Assembly: GCA_030431515.1 (NCBI GenBank)
Contig: JAUIIX010000001.1
Span: forward strand, 67,008-131,007
Reading direction: 5' to 3'
DNA: 64,000 nucleotides
Origin: a bacterium
GTDB taxonomy: Bacteria; Bacteroidota; Ignavibacteria; Kapaibacteriales; UBA2268
The notes under the pieces: model-generated
Databases searched by the model: none
What the model saw: the letters and a program-made list of their open reading frames with translations, nothing else
Told to the model about the DNA's origin: nothing
Made by a program: the position numbers and the translations under genes
Shown: positions 27,829-37,166 of the stretch, one piece after another
How the letters are laid out: each line of letters begins with the position of its first letter
How positions within the stretch are numbered: position 1 is the first letter of the stretch

Positions 27829-28263
27829 TCACATAGATAATATACCAACCAACTCTAATTCAAAAGTTAACTCTTTACCTGCCAATGGATGATTTGCATC
27901 TAAAGTTACTTCTTCATCATTAAACTCTGTAACAGTTACTGGAACTGGCTCAGAATTAGGAACAGGCATTAATAATTGAAGACCTACAAATGGATCTAAA
28001 TCAGGAGGCATTTTATCACGAGGTGCTTTCAAAACATAATCTTCATTGATTGGACCATAAGCTTGATCTACTGGTATTACCACAGTTTTACTTTCAGATT
28101 CTTTCATCCCGATAATTGCATTTTCAAATCCTTCAATAACTTGACCTGCACCTAAATCAAATTCTAATGGTTCAGCACCAACAGAAGAGTCAAATTCTGT
28201 TCCGTCTGCTAATTTTCCTGTATAATGTACTTTTACTGTATCGCCGCTTTTTGCTACTGACAT
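27829..28263 (-). CDS. slyD: FKBP-type peptidyl-prolyl isomerase (SlyD-like)
   Basis: Motifs GDTVKVHYTGKLADGTEFDSS, IEGFENAIIGM and HPLAGKELTFELELV. Confidence 0.88.
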   Translation of the reverse strand: MSVAKSGDTVKVHYTGKLADGTEFDSSVGAEPLEFDLGAGQVIEGFENAIIGMKESESKTVVIPVDQAYGPINEDYVLKAPRDKMPPDLDPFVGLQLLMPVPNSEPVPVTVTEFNDEEVTLDANHPLAGKELTFELELVGILSM

Positions 28264-28330
28264 AAGTTTCCTAAATGTTTGAAAAATATATTACAAAGAT
28301 AAAAACATTTTATTTAAATAAAAAATTAAC

Positions 28331-28361
28331 AAAAAAAGAGCAACTAAAATATAGTCGCTCT
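28331..28361 (-). terminator. Probable intrinsic terminator at the end of the flagellar late operon
   Basis: On the minus strand: AGAGCGAC-loop-GTTGCTCT followed by T7. Confidence 0.55.
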
Positions 28362-28391
28362 TTGTTAAATATGCCTATCTATTGTAAAGAC

Positions 28392-28628
28392 TTATAAATC
28401 ATTACTCAAATTAGATGCTACCTGACGAATAACTTCTGGTCTATCATAAAAACCTTGGTCAATTTTATTTTGAATTGAACCCAATCTTCTAGCTTCAGAA
28501 GATATTTCTACTTTGTCAATAATTGAATTAGATCTCACAGCGTTATCCGAAGAATTAATAGAATTTTTGCCTTTGCTATCACTCTTGTGATATATGTTTG
28601 CATTTTTATGTATCGAATTTATATTCAT
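28392..28628 (-). CDS. flgM: Anti-sigma-28 factor FlgM
   Basis: A small Ser/Asn-rich protein with the FlgM-type C-terminus DKVEISSEARRL...IDQGFY....I...ASNL, located in a flagellar operon. Confidence 0.7.
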   Translation of the reverse strand: MNINSIHKNANIYHKSDSKGKNSINSSDNAVRSNSIIDKVEISSEARRLGSIQNKIDQGFYDRPEVIRQVASNLSNDL

Positions 28629-28630
28629 TT

Positions 28631-28957
28631 TTATACTCTTGAGTATATTAATAATTTTTTATTTGTTGAACTATCTCTTACAAGTCCAGCATGCAACTTA
28701 ACCTTACCGTTAAGTTTGTCTAACAATTCTTTATCTTTACTAAGATAAAGGTTCAATTTTCTTTTTAAATTTTCATCACCAGTCATCAAAAATTCATTTT
28801 TTCCATTAAGAGTGATGATTCTATTTAATAATTGTTTCTTTTCAGAATACAAATTATTGATTTTCTCAATATCTTCCAAATGTAGAGAGTTTGGTTTTTC
28901 TAATATTGACTCAATCAATTCATTTTTATTTTCAATTTCTACTAAAAGTTCATCCAT
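28631..28957 (-). CDS. Small helical protein, possible flagellar export chaperone (FlgN/FliT-like)
   Basis: Called from position between flaG and flgM and from its coiled-coil-like, Leu/Glu-rich composition. No diagnostic motif. Confidence 0.4.
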   Translation of the reverse strand: MDELLVEIENKNELIESILEKPNSLHLEDIEKINNLYSEKKQLLNRIITLNGKNEFLMTGDENLKRKLNLYLSKDKELLDKLNGKVKLHAGLVRDSSTNKKLLIYSRV

Positions 28958-28974
28958 AAATATCTCATTTTACT

Positions 28975-29361
28975 CTAAACTCTTGTATTGGTAATATTAC
29001 CAATTTCCAAAGCATTAGATAATATCCTAGCAATATGAAGAGAAATATCAGAAGGAAATTGCTTTACAACTTCTTTAGTTTTCTCATCAATCAATTTCAT
29101 TACCATTTTTTTAGTATCTTCATCAATAGCAAATTCAATAGCAAGATTATTTTCTTTCAGAAAAGATTTAACTTCACTTTCAAACTTAGAATAATCTACT
29201 TGAAGTTTTTTATCATCTGCAGTTATCTTTTCTTTTTGAATCTTTTTAGAGAACTCAATTATACTTTGCTGATTCTTTTTGCCATCAGCATCCAACTGGG
29301 TTTTAAATCCACCCAAATTAGTTTTAACATCGCTACTAATATTTTTTACAGCATTTATCAT
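28975..29361 (-). CDS. flaG: FlaG family flagellar protein
   Basis: C-terminal FlaG block: LAIEFAIDEDTKKMVMKLIDEKTKEVVKQFPSD. Located in a flagellar operon. Confidence 0.75.
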   Translation of the reverse strand: MINAVKNISSDVKTNLGGFKTQLDADGKKNQQSIIEFSKKIQKEKITADDKKLQVDYSKFESEVKSFLKENNLAIEFAIDEDTKKMVMKLIDEKTKEVVKQFPSDISLHIARILSNALEIGNITNTRV

Positions 29362-29395
29362 TGAAACCTCTGCAGTATAAATTAATCAGACTTTA

Positions 29396-30820
29396 TCAGA
29401 ATTGTTGAGAGGTATTAATAAAAGAATTAAAAGAATTATATTGAGCTTGAGCATTATAATATGTTTCTAATAATCTTTGATATTGATTTCTCTGTGATTC
29501 TGCTTGTCTATCTATTCTTGACTGTAGTTGCTCTATTCTATCCTGTTGGCTGTCAATTTGAGTAGCCATATCAAGTGTTTTTTGTTTAATTAGGTCATCA
29601 TCACCTTTTAAACGATTAACACTTTCCTTAACTCTATTGACAAAACCCTCTTCAGAAAGAAAAATATCAGAAACCTTTGTGGGGTCTTCTTTGAGCAATT
29701 CAGAAAGTCTTTCTTTGTCACCAATTGAAAGTGTTCCATCACTGCTTATTTTTATCCCAATATTCGTTAAATATTTAGGATTGCCTTCCTTTGCTGTAGT
29801 AACTTCTTGCGTTAATAATGAACGCAAACTAAATCTTAATCCACTTACCGAAGAATCTGAACGTAATTGATTTTTATCAGAATTTAAAAACCTAACTAAA
29901 TTATTAAAATTATCAATAAATGGTTGTATAAATCCTTCAACACTTTCAGTATTAACATCGGTAGTTAATATTACTTCTGAGTCATCTTCTGTTTGTACTT
30001 TTGATAAATTAAAAGTAACTCCTGTAAGAACATCAGTTAAAGTATTTGAATTTCGAGTAATATCAACTCCATTCACAGTTGCACTAGAACTCAACTCAGC
30101 AGAGTCAACTAGCTTATAACCTGCACTTGTTGCAGTTGATAAAGTCCTATTTGAAGATTCTGGTTTTAATGCTTCGCTTGTAAAACCTAAAGCAGCAAAA
30201 ACATCTGAATCGACAAAATTAATTTTATTATCCATTCCTGGATTATCACTTCTTAAAGTTAACCTTGTAGTTGTAGTAGTATCATTAACTTTACCAGCCG
30301 TGATTGCTAAATCTTCTGTTTCATTTATTGCTTCAACTATTTTAGCTAAAGCTTCTGAATTATTTTCAGTCCCATCAAATTCAATTGTTACAGTTTTATT
30401 TTCACCATTAACTTTAAATTCGATTAACTTACTTCCAGAGAGATTAAAACTATCTTCAATATTTTTTCTAGAAGAAATTAAAATATCAGTTGAAGCCAAC
30501 CTATTAACTTTTACAGTATTTATTCCGTCAACAGCACTATCCGTAGCTGAAGCAGTAACAAAATCAGACGCACTTGATGTAACTTTTTTTGATGAAAAAT
30601 TTTCAGCAATGTCATCACCATTAAATCTATCAAGTTGACTAACCATACTGTTTAGTCTTGAGTTTAAATTAGTATAATAAGAAGAACTTTTCTCCAAAGT
30701 ATTTTTTTTCTGTTGTAATCTGTCAACTTGAGGTTGTTGCGTAGCTTTATACGCAGCAACAAGCTGATCTAATTGAGAGTTACCAGAGTTACTCCCTCCA
30801 ACATTAAAAATATCTGCCAT
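29396..30820 (-). CDS. fliD: Flagellar filament capping protein FliD
   Basis: N-terminal LDQLVAAY....QP.V..L and C-terminal coiled coil (RYQRLLETYYNAQAQ-type) with a central FliD domain. Located beside fliS. Confidence 0.88.
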   Translation of the reverse strand: MADIFNVGGSNSGNSQLDQLVAAYKATQQPQVDRLQQKKNTLEKSSSYYTNLNSRLNSMVSQLDRFNGDDIAENFSSKKVTSSASDFVTASATDSAVDGINTVKVNRLASTDILISSRKNIEDSFNLSGSKLIEFKVNGENKTVTIEFDGTENNSEALAKIVEAINETEDLAITAGKVNDTTTTTRLTLRSDNPGMDNKINFVDSDVFAALGFTSEALKPESSNRTLSTATSAGYKLVDSAELSSSATVNGVDITRNSNTLTDVLTGVTFNLSKVQTEDDSEVILTTDVNTESVEGFIQPFIDNFNNLVRFLNSDKNQLRSDSSVSGLRFSLRSLLTQEVTTAKEGNPKYLTNIGIKISSDGTLSIGDKERLSELLKEDPTKVSDIFLSEEGFVNRVKESVNRLKGDDDLIKQKTLDMATQIDSQQDRIEQLQSRIDRQAESQRNQYQRLLETYYNAQAQYNSFNSFINTSQQF

Positions 30821-30870
30821 AATTTTCTAAACCGTTTTTCTTATATCTAAAGCAAAAATCATTCCAACAA

Positions 30871-31227
30871 TTAAGATTCTAAATCAAATGTCTTAGCCCA
30901 TGTATTTCTTAATTCAGTAATTATGTTTAATGCTTCATCATATTTTTTTTGAAATATACATCTTTGACAATATTCATACAAACGGTAAAGTCTTGTAGAA
31001 ATTTCGCCGACTTCAAAATTCAAAGAACCCATTAATTCTACTAATACTTTACTCATTTTCGAGGTATCATTTCTTTTACAAGAAACAATAAAAAGATCAT
31101 ACATTTTCAAAATAATTTTTTCCTTGCTCCAAGACATAACTTCTTGTTCAATGTAAGAAGGTAGTTTTCTACCATCTCCACCACCATAAGCTCTACTTGC
31201 TGCAAGTTTTTGGGCTGCATTAGACAT
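30871..31227 (-). CDS. fliS: Flagellar export chaperone FliS
   Basis: Motifs AY.....QEV...S.EKIILKMYD and GEIS.RLYRLYEYC. Size about 120 aa. Confidence 0.85.
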   Translation of the reverse strand: MSNAAQKLAASRAYGGGDGRKLPSYIEQEVMSWSKEKIILKMYDLFIVSCKRNDTSKMSKVLVELMGSLNFEVGEISTRLYRLYEYCQRCIFQKKYDEALNIITELRNTWAKTFDLES

Positions 31228-31265
31228 AAAGATAAAATCCTAATTTTTAAATATTCTTTTTAAAT

Positions 31266-31294
31266 ATCAGGGAGAGTAATTAGCTCTCCCTGAT
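31266..31294 (-). terminator. Strong hairpin between fliC and fliS (possible attenuating terminator)
   Basis: An 11-bp perfect stem, ATCAGGGAGAG / CTCTCCCTGAT, with a 7-nt loop. It has only a weak U-tail on the minus strand. Confidence 0.5.
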
Positions 31295-31328
31295 AAAATA
31301 TCATACTAATGACAGCTACAAATTCAAA

Positions 31329-32285
31329 TTATCTAAATAACTGTAAGAAGTTACTTGGAGTTTGATTTGCTTGAGATAAAGATATTGTAGAAGCTTGTTG
31401 TAAGAACTGTTGTTTCACTAAATCTAGTTGTTCAACAGCCACATCAGCATCTTCAATTCTAGAGATAGCTGCACTATAGTTTGTAATTTGCGAATTAAGC
31501 AATTCAGCTTGAGAGTCCAATCTTACTTGGATACCCCCTAAATACGACGCCACTTTATTAACGTTGTCGATTGCTTCAGCTAAACTTGTAATTGTGGTTT
31601 TTACTTGAGTAACCCCAAAAATACCCAAATCACTTTCGCTAACATCATTTAACGATTGTAAATTAAGACCAGTTACACCAGCGAATGTGCTAGTATTCCC
31701 ACCTGGAGCTGTTGCAGCTGTTGTTGCATTCAAGTTAAAATCACCTGAAGCTACATTATAATCTGCGTTACCTGTTGTTAGGTCAACATCGATTTCTAAT
31801 AATGTATCATCAGCATAGTAACCGATTGTCCAATCACCTGAGTAATTACCCCATAATAACTGACGACCACCGAATACTGTAGAATCAGTAATAAACTGAA
31901 TCTGTTGTGATAATCTGAACGCACCTTTTGCTAAGGCAACTTTCTCATCTGTACCTAAGGCACCTGATGATGCAATTGCTGCAGCTTCTTTAATATCAAT
32001 CAATAAATTATTGATATTATCAAGTGAGTCTTGAGTTATCGCAGTAACGTTTTTAGCATCTCCTGTTGAATTTAACGCTGCTTTAAGTGCTGAATTTCTT
32101 GCTAATAAATTACGAGATGTAATATAGCCAGAAACATCATCTGCAGCAGAGTTAATTCTCTTACCAGTTGACAAACGTAACTGAGATGTAGCTATCTTAT
32201 TAGATGCTATCATTAATGCATTATACGAATTTTGAGCTGGGATATTCGTACGTATCCTTCCACCACCAGAAATAGCTGTTGGCAT
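31329..32285 (-). CDS. fliC: Flagellin
   Basis: N-terminal D0/D1 motifs: RLSTGKRINSAADDVSGY, NINNLL..IKE. C-terminal ..LQQASTISLSQANQTPSNFLQLFR. A GGAGG Shine-Dalgarno sequence lies upstream. Confidence 0.9.
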   Translation of the reverse strand: MPTAISGGGRIRTNIPAQNSYNALMIASNKIATSQLRLSTGKRINSAADDVSGYITSRNLLARNSALKAALNSTGDAKNVTAITQDSLDNINNLLIDIKEAAAIASSGALGTDEKVALAKGAFRLSQQIQFITDSTVFGGRQLLWGNYSGDWTIGYYADDTLLEIDVDLTTGNADYNVASGDFNLNATTAATAPGGNTSTFAGVTGLNLQSLNDVSESDLGIFGVTQVKTTITSLAEAIDNVNKVASYLGGIQVRLDSQAELLNSQITNYSAAISRIEDADVAVEQLDLVKQQFLQQASTISLSQANQTPSNFLQLFR

Positions 32286-32356
32286 AATAACCTCCGTGTA
32301 TTATAATTTCGACAATGGGGCGTCCTGCCAACAAATTTTCCTCAAATCTAAAATAA

Positions 32357-32383
32357 TTATCGACTAAATTCCAAAATACTTTA
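32357..32383 (-). promoter_or_regulatory. Sigma-28 (FliA)-type promoter for fliC
   Basis: The minus strand reads TAAA-N15-GTCGATAA against the consensus TAAA-N15-GCCGATAA. It lies about 72 nt upstream of the fliC ATG. Confidence 0.65.
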
Positions 32384-32413
32384 GTTTTTTTTTAGTTTTT
32401 TTTTAATAAACTA

Positions 32414-32998
32414 TTAAAGAACTTTCTTTAAATATGCTAAGGCACTTATAGCACTAACTTTAATCGTATCTAACTTGTTATTCCTAAATATTAGATATTC
32501 TGTGTTTGCTAAATTTGTTGTATGGTATATTACATCGTCACAATCGATTGAAACTTTAATTTTATTTTCATAATCATCAATTTTTATTCTTTTTAGTTCA
32601 TTATTATAATTATATTTTTGACTTTTTACTAATTTTGTATTCTCATATATTGACAATGTGCTATTCTCTGAATCAAATCTAATATTAATATTAATATTAT
32701 TACTATTTGTATAATAATCTGACGAAGTTGTTCGCAAAAATACATCTAAAATCACATTGTTAGAAAAATCAACCCCAAAATCCCATTGCATTTGTGTTTC
32801 ATCAGGTAAGGCAATGGCCGTACTTGCAGTATCTGTTAATTCAATTGAATTATCATCAGTAGTATAAACTGAATTATATCCACTCATAACAACTCCATAC
32901 ACTATTTCTTCATAATTATTAAACCTATTTAACTTATAAATATCTGTAGCACATGAAGATAAGATTAGTAAAAATCCAAATATTAATACTTTTTTCAT
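32414..32998 (-). CDS. Lipoprotein of unknown function
   Basis: Lipobox LILSSCA. It overlaps pfkA by 4 nt. Confidence 0.6.
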   Translation of the reverse strand: MKKVLIFGFLLILSSCATDIYKLNRFNNYEEIVYGVVMSGYNSVYTTDDNSIELTDTASTAIALPDETQMQWDFGVDFSNNVILDVFLRTTSSDYYTNSNNININIRFDSENSTLSIYENTKLVKSQKYNYNNELKRIKIDDYENKIKVSIDCDDVIYHTTNLANTEYLIFRNNKLDTIKVSAISALAYLKKVL

Positions 32999-33963
32999 AA
33001 TAATTCAGCCAATTGATATAAATAATTTTGTATTTTTTTCTTCTTTTCCCAAGTTTCAGGTAAAGGAGTATGAGTTATATTATGATACACTCTACCTACC
33101 ATTACATTACTATGTCCAGCTAATAAGGAATCCACTGCTGCCATCCCAAGATGACTTGCCAATACTCTATCTCTAACAGTAGGACTTCCACCTCTTTGAA
33201 TATGACCTAATACAGTTGTTTTAGCATCTACATTAAAATTTATCTTCAATCTTGTTGCCAAATCAACCGCACCTTCATATTGCCCACCTTCTCCAACTAT
33301 AATTATAGTACGAGTATGTTCACCCATTCTATTAATAGTAGCATATAAATCAGCGATATCCGATGCTTTTTCTGGAACTAAAATTAATTCAGCACCACAC
33401 GAAATACCAACATCCATAGCTATATGCCCTGCGTGTCGTCCCATCACTTCTATTATAAATATTCTTCCGTGTGAATCGGCAGTATCTCTAATCCTATCTA
33501 TTGCTTCGGCTGCAGTATTAGATGCAGTATCAAAGCCAATTGTATAATATGTTCCATATAAATCATTATCAATGGTCCCTGGAGTTCCTACTATATTTAC
33601 TCCATATTCCTTATAAAGTAAATTAGCACCTCTTAAAGTACCATCACCACCACAAGCAATCACACCATCAATTTCAAATTTTACCAAATTCTGATATGCT
33701 TTCTCACGTCCTTCGGGTGTCTTAAACTCTTCCGATCGAGAAGTCTTTAAATAAGTACCACCTTCATCTATTAGATTTACAGTTGCTTTTCTATTCAAAG
33801 ATACAAAGCGACCTTCAATCATTCCTTGATATCCATTAAAAATACCTATTGGCTCAATTCCACGAGCAATACAGGTTCTTACAATTGCTCTAATATGAGC
33901 ATTCATACCAGGTGCATCACCACCACTTGTAAATAAAGCTATTTTTTTAAATGTTTTTTTCAT
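32995..33963 (-). CDS. pfkA: ATP-dependent 6-phosphofructokinase
   Basis: Motifs TSGGDAPGMNA, GGDGTLRGA, PGTIDND, EVMGRHAGHIA and LGHIQRGG. Confidence 0.92.
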   Translation of the reverse strand: MKKTFKKIALFTSGGDAPGMNAHIRAIVRTCIARGIEPIGIFNGYQGMIEGRFVSLNRKATVNLIDEGGTYLKTSRSEEFKTPEGREKAYQNLVKFEIDGVIACGGDGTLRGANLLYKEYGVNIVGTPGTIDNDLYGTYYTIGFDTASNTAAEAIDRIRDTADSHGRIFIIEVMGRHAGHIAMDVGISCGAELILVPEKASDIADLYATINRMGEHTRTIIIVGEGGQYEGAVDLATRLKINFNVDAKTTVLGHIQRGGSPTVRDRVLASHLGMAAVDSLLAGHSNVMVGRVYHNITHTPLPETWEKKKKIQNYLYQLAELL

Positions 33964-35087
33964 TGATTATTAATAGGTAATTCAATAATAAATTCAGAAC
34001 CCACACCTTCTTCACTTTCAACTCTAATAGTACCTTTGTGTTGTTCAATAATTTCTTTACAAAGTATCAAACCAAGCCCAGTGCCAGGTTCTTCATTAGT
34101 TCCAGGTCTAGAACGAACTTCATCAATTTTAAATAAAGAATTTTTTATCACTTCATTCATTCCAATTCCATCATCCTTAATACTAAGGATAACTTTATCA
34201 TTTTTTTCTTCAGATTTGAAAGTAATTTTACCTTTCTCACTTGTGAATTTTAGAGAATTAGTAATTAAATTATGAAAAACAGAATAAAGCATATTTACAT
34301 CGCCATAAATATTACTTGCTTTAATATCTTTTACTAAACTAATTTCTTTAGAATCTGCATTCAGTTGAAGTAAATTAAAAATTCTATCAATTAATAAATT
34401 CAAATCTAAGTCCATTTTATTAACTTGAGCTTTACCAAATTGAATCTTACTCCAACTTAATAAATTATCTAAAAATTCAAATTGATTTTTAATAGATTCA
34501 TTAATTGAATGAATATACTCTTTCTTTGTTTCATCATCTAAAGTGTCATACTCGTCATTAATAATTTGCATAAGACCAATAATACCAGTAAAAGGAGATT
34601 TTAAATCGTGAGATACTATAGATAAAAATTTATTTTTCTCAATATCTGCTAATTTTAGTTTAGAATTTTGCTCTGCAATTCTATCTTTTTGAAATTTTAT
34701 TTGAAGATGTGTTTTAATCCTTTGAAGCAAAATCTTTGCATTGAATGGCTTAGTAACATAATCCACACCACCGATTTCAAAACCTTTAATTATATCATCT
34801 TCAGCAGCTAATGCAGTTAAAAATATAATTGGAATATGATTAGTCTCTTCATTAGCTAAAATTATCTTTGTTGCATCTAATCCGTTTAACTCTGGCATAC
34901 TAATATCCATCAAAATCAAATCTGGTTTGATTTTATTGGTAATATTTATTGCTTGTAAACCATTACTCGCAATAGATATATTAACCCCATATTTCTTTAA
35001 ATTTTGCCCTAATAACTTGATATTATCAGCAATATCATCTACAATTAGTATCTTAGCATCATTTAGTATTTTATAATTCTCAATCAT
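33960..35087 (-). CDS. Hybrid response-regulator receiver / histidine kinase
   Basis: REC domain: ILIVDD...DLILMDISMP...KPF. H-box SIVSHDLKSPF. HATPase motifs: NSLKFT, DDGIGM, GTGLGL. Confidence 0.88.
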   Translation of the reverse strand: MIENYKILNDAKILIVDDIADNIKLLGQNLKKYGVNISIASNGLQAINITNKIKPDLILMDISMPELNGLDATKIILANEETNHIPIIFLTALAAEDDIIKGFEIGGVDYVTKPFNAKILLQRIKTHLQIKFQKDRIAEQNSKLKLADIEKNKFLSIVSHDLKSPFTGIIGLMQIINDEYDTLDDETKKEYIHSINESIKNQFEFLDNLLSWSKIQFGKAQVNKMDLDLNLLIDRIFNLLQLNADSKEISLVKDIKASNIYGDVNMLYSVFHNLITNSLKFTSEKGKITFKSEEKNDKVILSIKDDGIGMNEVIKNSLFKIDEVRSRPGTNEEPGTGLGLILCKEIIEQHKGTIRVESEEGVGSEFIIELPINNQ

Positions 35088-36057
35088 ATTTGCTTCTATT
35101 ATTTACTATTTCAATTGCACTTTCAATCGATTCTTTTAAACTTTTCTCATTTGCTTTATTCCTACCAGCTATCGCCATTGCAGTTCCATGATCTGGAGAA
35201 GTCCTAATAATTTCTAAACCTGATGTAAAATTAACCCCTCCACCTTCTGCAAATAATTTCAGAGGAATTAACCCTTGGTCATGATACATTGATAAAATCC
35301 CATCATAATTCTTAAACTCACCAAATCCAAAAAAGCCATCAGCAGGGAAAGGTCCCGAAACATCTACGCCTAACTTTCTAACTCTATCAATCGCTGGTTG
35401 AATTATCTTTATCTCTTCATCTCCAAAACTTCCATTCTCACCAGCATGTGGATTTAAACCAAGTACAGCAATCTTTGCATTATCAATATTAAAGTTTAAT
35501 TTTAAAGAATCATTTAATTCAACTAAATTATTTACAATACTATCAATACTTAAAAGCGAAGAGACATCTTTCAAAGGGACATGAATAGTTAAAGGTACAA
35601 CCCTTAAATCACCACTAAACAACATCATTTGAGTATTAGATTTCTGATAATATTTATTATAAAACTCAGTATGTCCAGTAAATTCCCAATCAGCAAGATA
35701 CATAGATTCTTTTTGAATTGGAAGAGTTACAACCGCATCATATTCCTTGTTTTTACAAAGCAAGGATGCTTTCTCAATAGATTCTATAGCTAACTTGCCA
35801 CATTCACTACTGATTTTACCAAACTCAACTTCAGAATAAATATCACAATCAACTATTCTTATTAAATTATCATTAATAAGTAAACTCGTATTTTTAATTT
35901 CAAACTCAACATCTAACTTTTGAAAATACTCAAATAAAGTTTTTTCATTACAAACTATTGCAAATTCATTTTCAGTTTTAACATTGTTTTTAAAATACTT
36001 ATAAAATATCTCTAAGCCAATTCCATTAACATCGCCACAGGAAAAAACAATTCTCAT
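35080..36057 (-). CDS. pdxA: 4-hydroxythreonine-4-phosphate dehydrogenase
   Basis: Motifs GHTEF, GLNPHAGE.G.FG.EE, MYHDQGLIPLK and TSPDHGTA. Confidence 0.9.
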   Translation of the reverse strand: MRIVFSCGDVNGIGLEIFYKYFKNNVKTENEFAIVCNEKTLFEYFQKLDVEFEIKNTSLLINDNLIRIVDCDIYSEVEFGKISSECGKLAIESIEKASLLCKNKEYDAVVTLPIQKESMYLADWEFTGHTEFYNKYYQKSNTQMMLFSGDLRVVPLTIHVPLKDVSSLLSIDSIVNNLVELNDSLKLNFNIDNAKIAVLGLNPHAGENGSFGDEEIKIIQPAIDRVRKLGVDVSGPFPADGFFGFGEFKNYDGILSMYHDQGLIPLKLFAEGGGVNFTSGLEIIRTSPDHGTAMAIAGRNKANEKSLKESIESAIEIVNNRSKYD

Positions 36058-36060
36058 AAA

Positions 36061-37056
36061 TTAATAGTTAACTTTGTTAATTTTTTTCTCAATTGCTTTT
36101 AGACTCATTAAATAAGTATATATTGCATTTATATCTTCGTCAGTCATCCCTGAATATTGTATCCAAGGCATTTCAGTATGCAAATCAGAATCGGTTAATT
36201 TTCTATTTTGCATAGTTGAATCTCTATATTCTGCAAATCTACTCAAGAAATATTCTTTAGACCAATTCCCAATTCCAGTTTCCTTATCAGGAGTAATATT
36301 TGAAGATTGAATTTTTTTACCAGTAATCGTTGTTAATTCAAATCCACCTGCAAAAGCACTATCAGCAACAGGTTTACCACCACTCATTGGAGTATGACAA
36401 TCTGAACAAGAAGCAGCAGTTGCAATATATTCTCCATATTTTAAAACATCATTTTTAGAAGGAATATCTTGATGTTGAGCATCTTGAGGGAAAAATAATT
36501 TCATAACAGTTTGAAAAGGAAAACTCGTAACCTCAGACTCAGGTGAGTCCGCTTCAACTGGTTCTAAAGTTCTCAAGTAAGCAATAACTGAATAAATATC
36601 TTCTTTAGCTAATTTACTATAATTCATATATGGCATTACTGGAAAAAGAGCATTACCCTTCTTTCCAACTCCATTCACTATAGCTCTATATATTTCTCCA
36701 TCTGTCCAATCGACTAAATTAAATGGAGTTAAATTTGCTGGATAAAAAGAGCCAACATTAACACCTAACTTTTTATCAAATGCAACAGCACCACCACCTA
36801 AGTAATCATCATCAGTAGGAAAAGAATAAACATCTGTTTGTCTTTTAGAATGACAATCAAAACAAGCCATTACATGATGTGATAAATACTCTCCTCTTAC
36901 AATCCTCTCAGGAGTTACATCAACAGTAATATCCTCAGCTTCAATATTAGGCAGAGCCAAGTTCACATAAGTAATAAATCCAGCAAATATTAATATAAAT
37001 CCACCTACAACAATACCTACCCATTTGAGTATTTTAGAAAACATAAGATTCCTCAA
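36061..37056 (-). CDS. Membrane-anchored dihaem c-type cytochrome
   Basis: An N-terminal TM helix and two CxxCH motifs (CFDCH, CSDCH). Confidence 0.8.
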   Translation of the reverse strand: MRNLMFSKILKWVGIVVGGFILIFAGFITYVNLALPNIEAEDITVDVTPERIVRGEYLSHHVMACFDCHSKRQTDVYSFPTDDDYLGGGAVAFDKKLGVNVGSFYPANLTPFNLVDWTDGEIYRAIVNGVGKKGNALFPVMPYMNYSKLAKEDIYSVIAYLRTLEPVEADSPESEVTSFPFQTVMKLFFPQDAQHQDIPSKNDVLKYGEYIATAASCSDCHTPMSGGKPVADSAFAGGFELTTITGKKIQSSNITPDKETGIGNWSKEYFLSRFAEYRDSTMQNRKLTDSDLHTEMPWIQYSGMTDEDINAIYTYLMSLKAIEKKINKVNY

Positions 37057-37166
37057 TTAATTTTTTACAAATTTAATAAGAATTTAATGAAATAAAAATA
37101 TTTTTAATTTACAATATTTCATTTTTTTTTGTAATTTTGTTAATTGAAAATTAAATCAAGCAAAAT

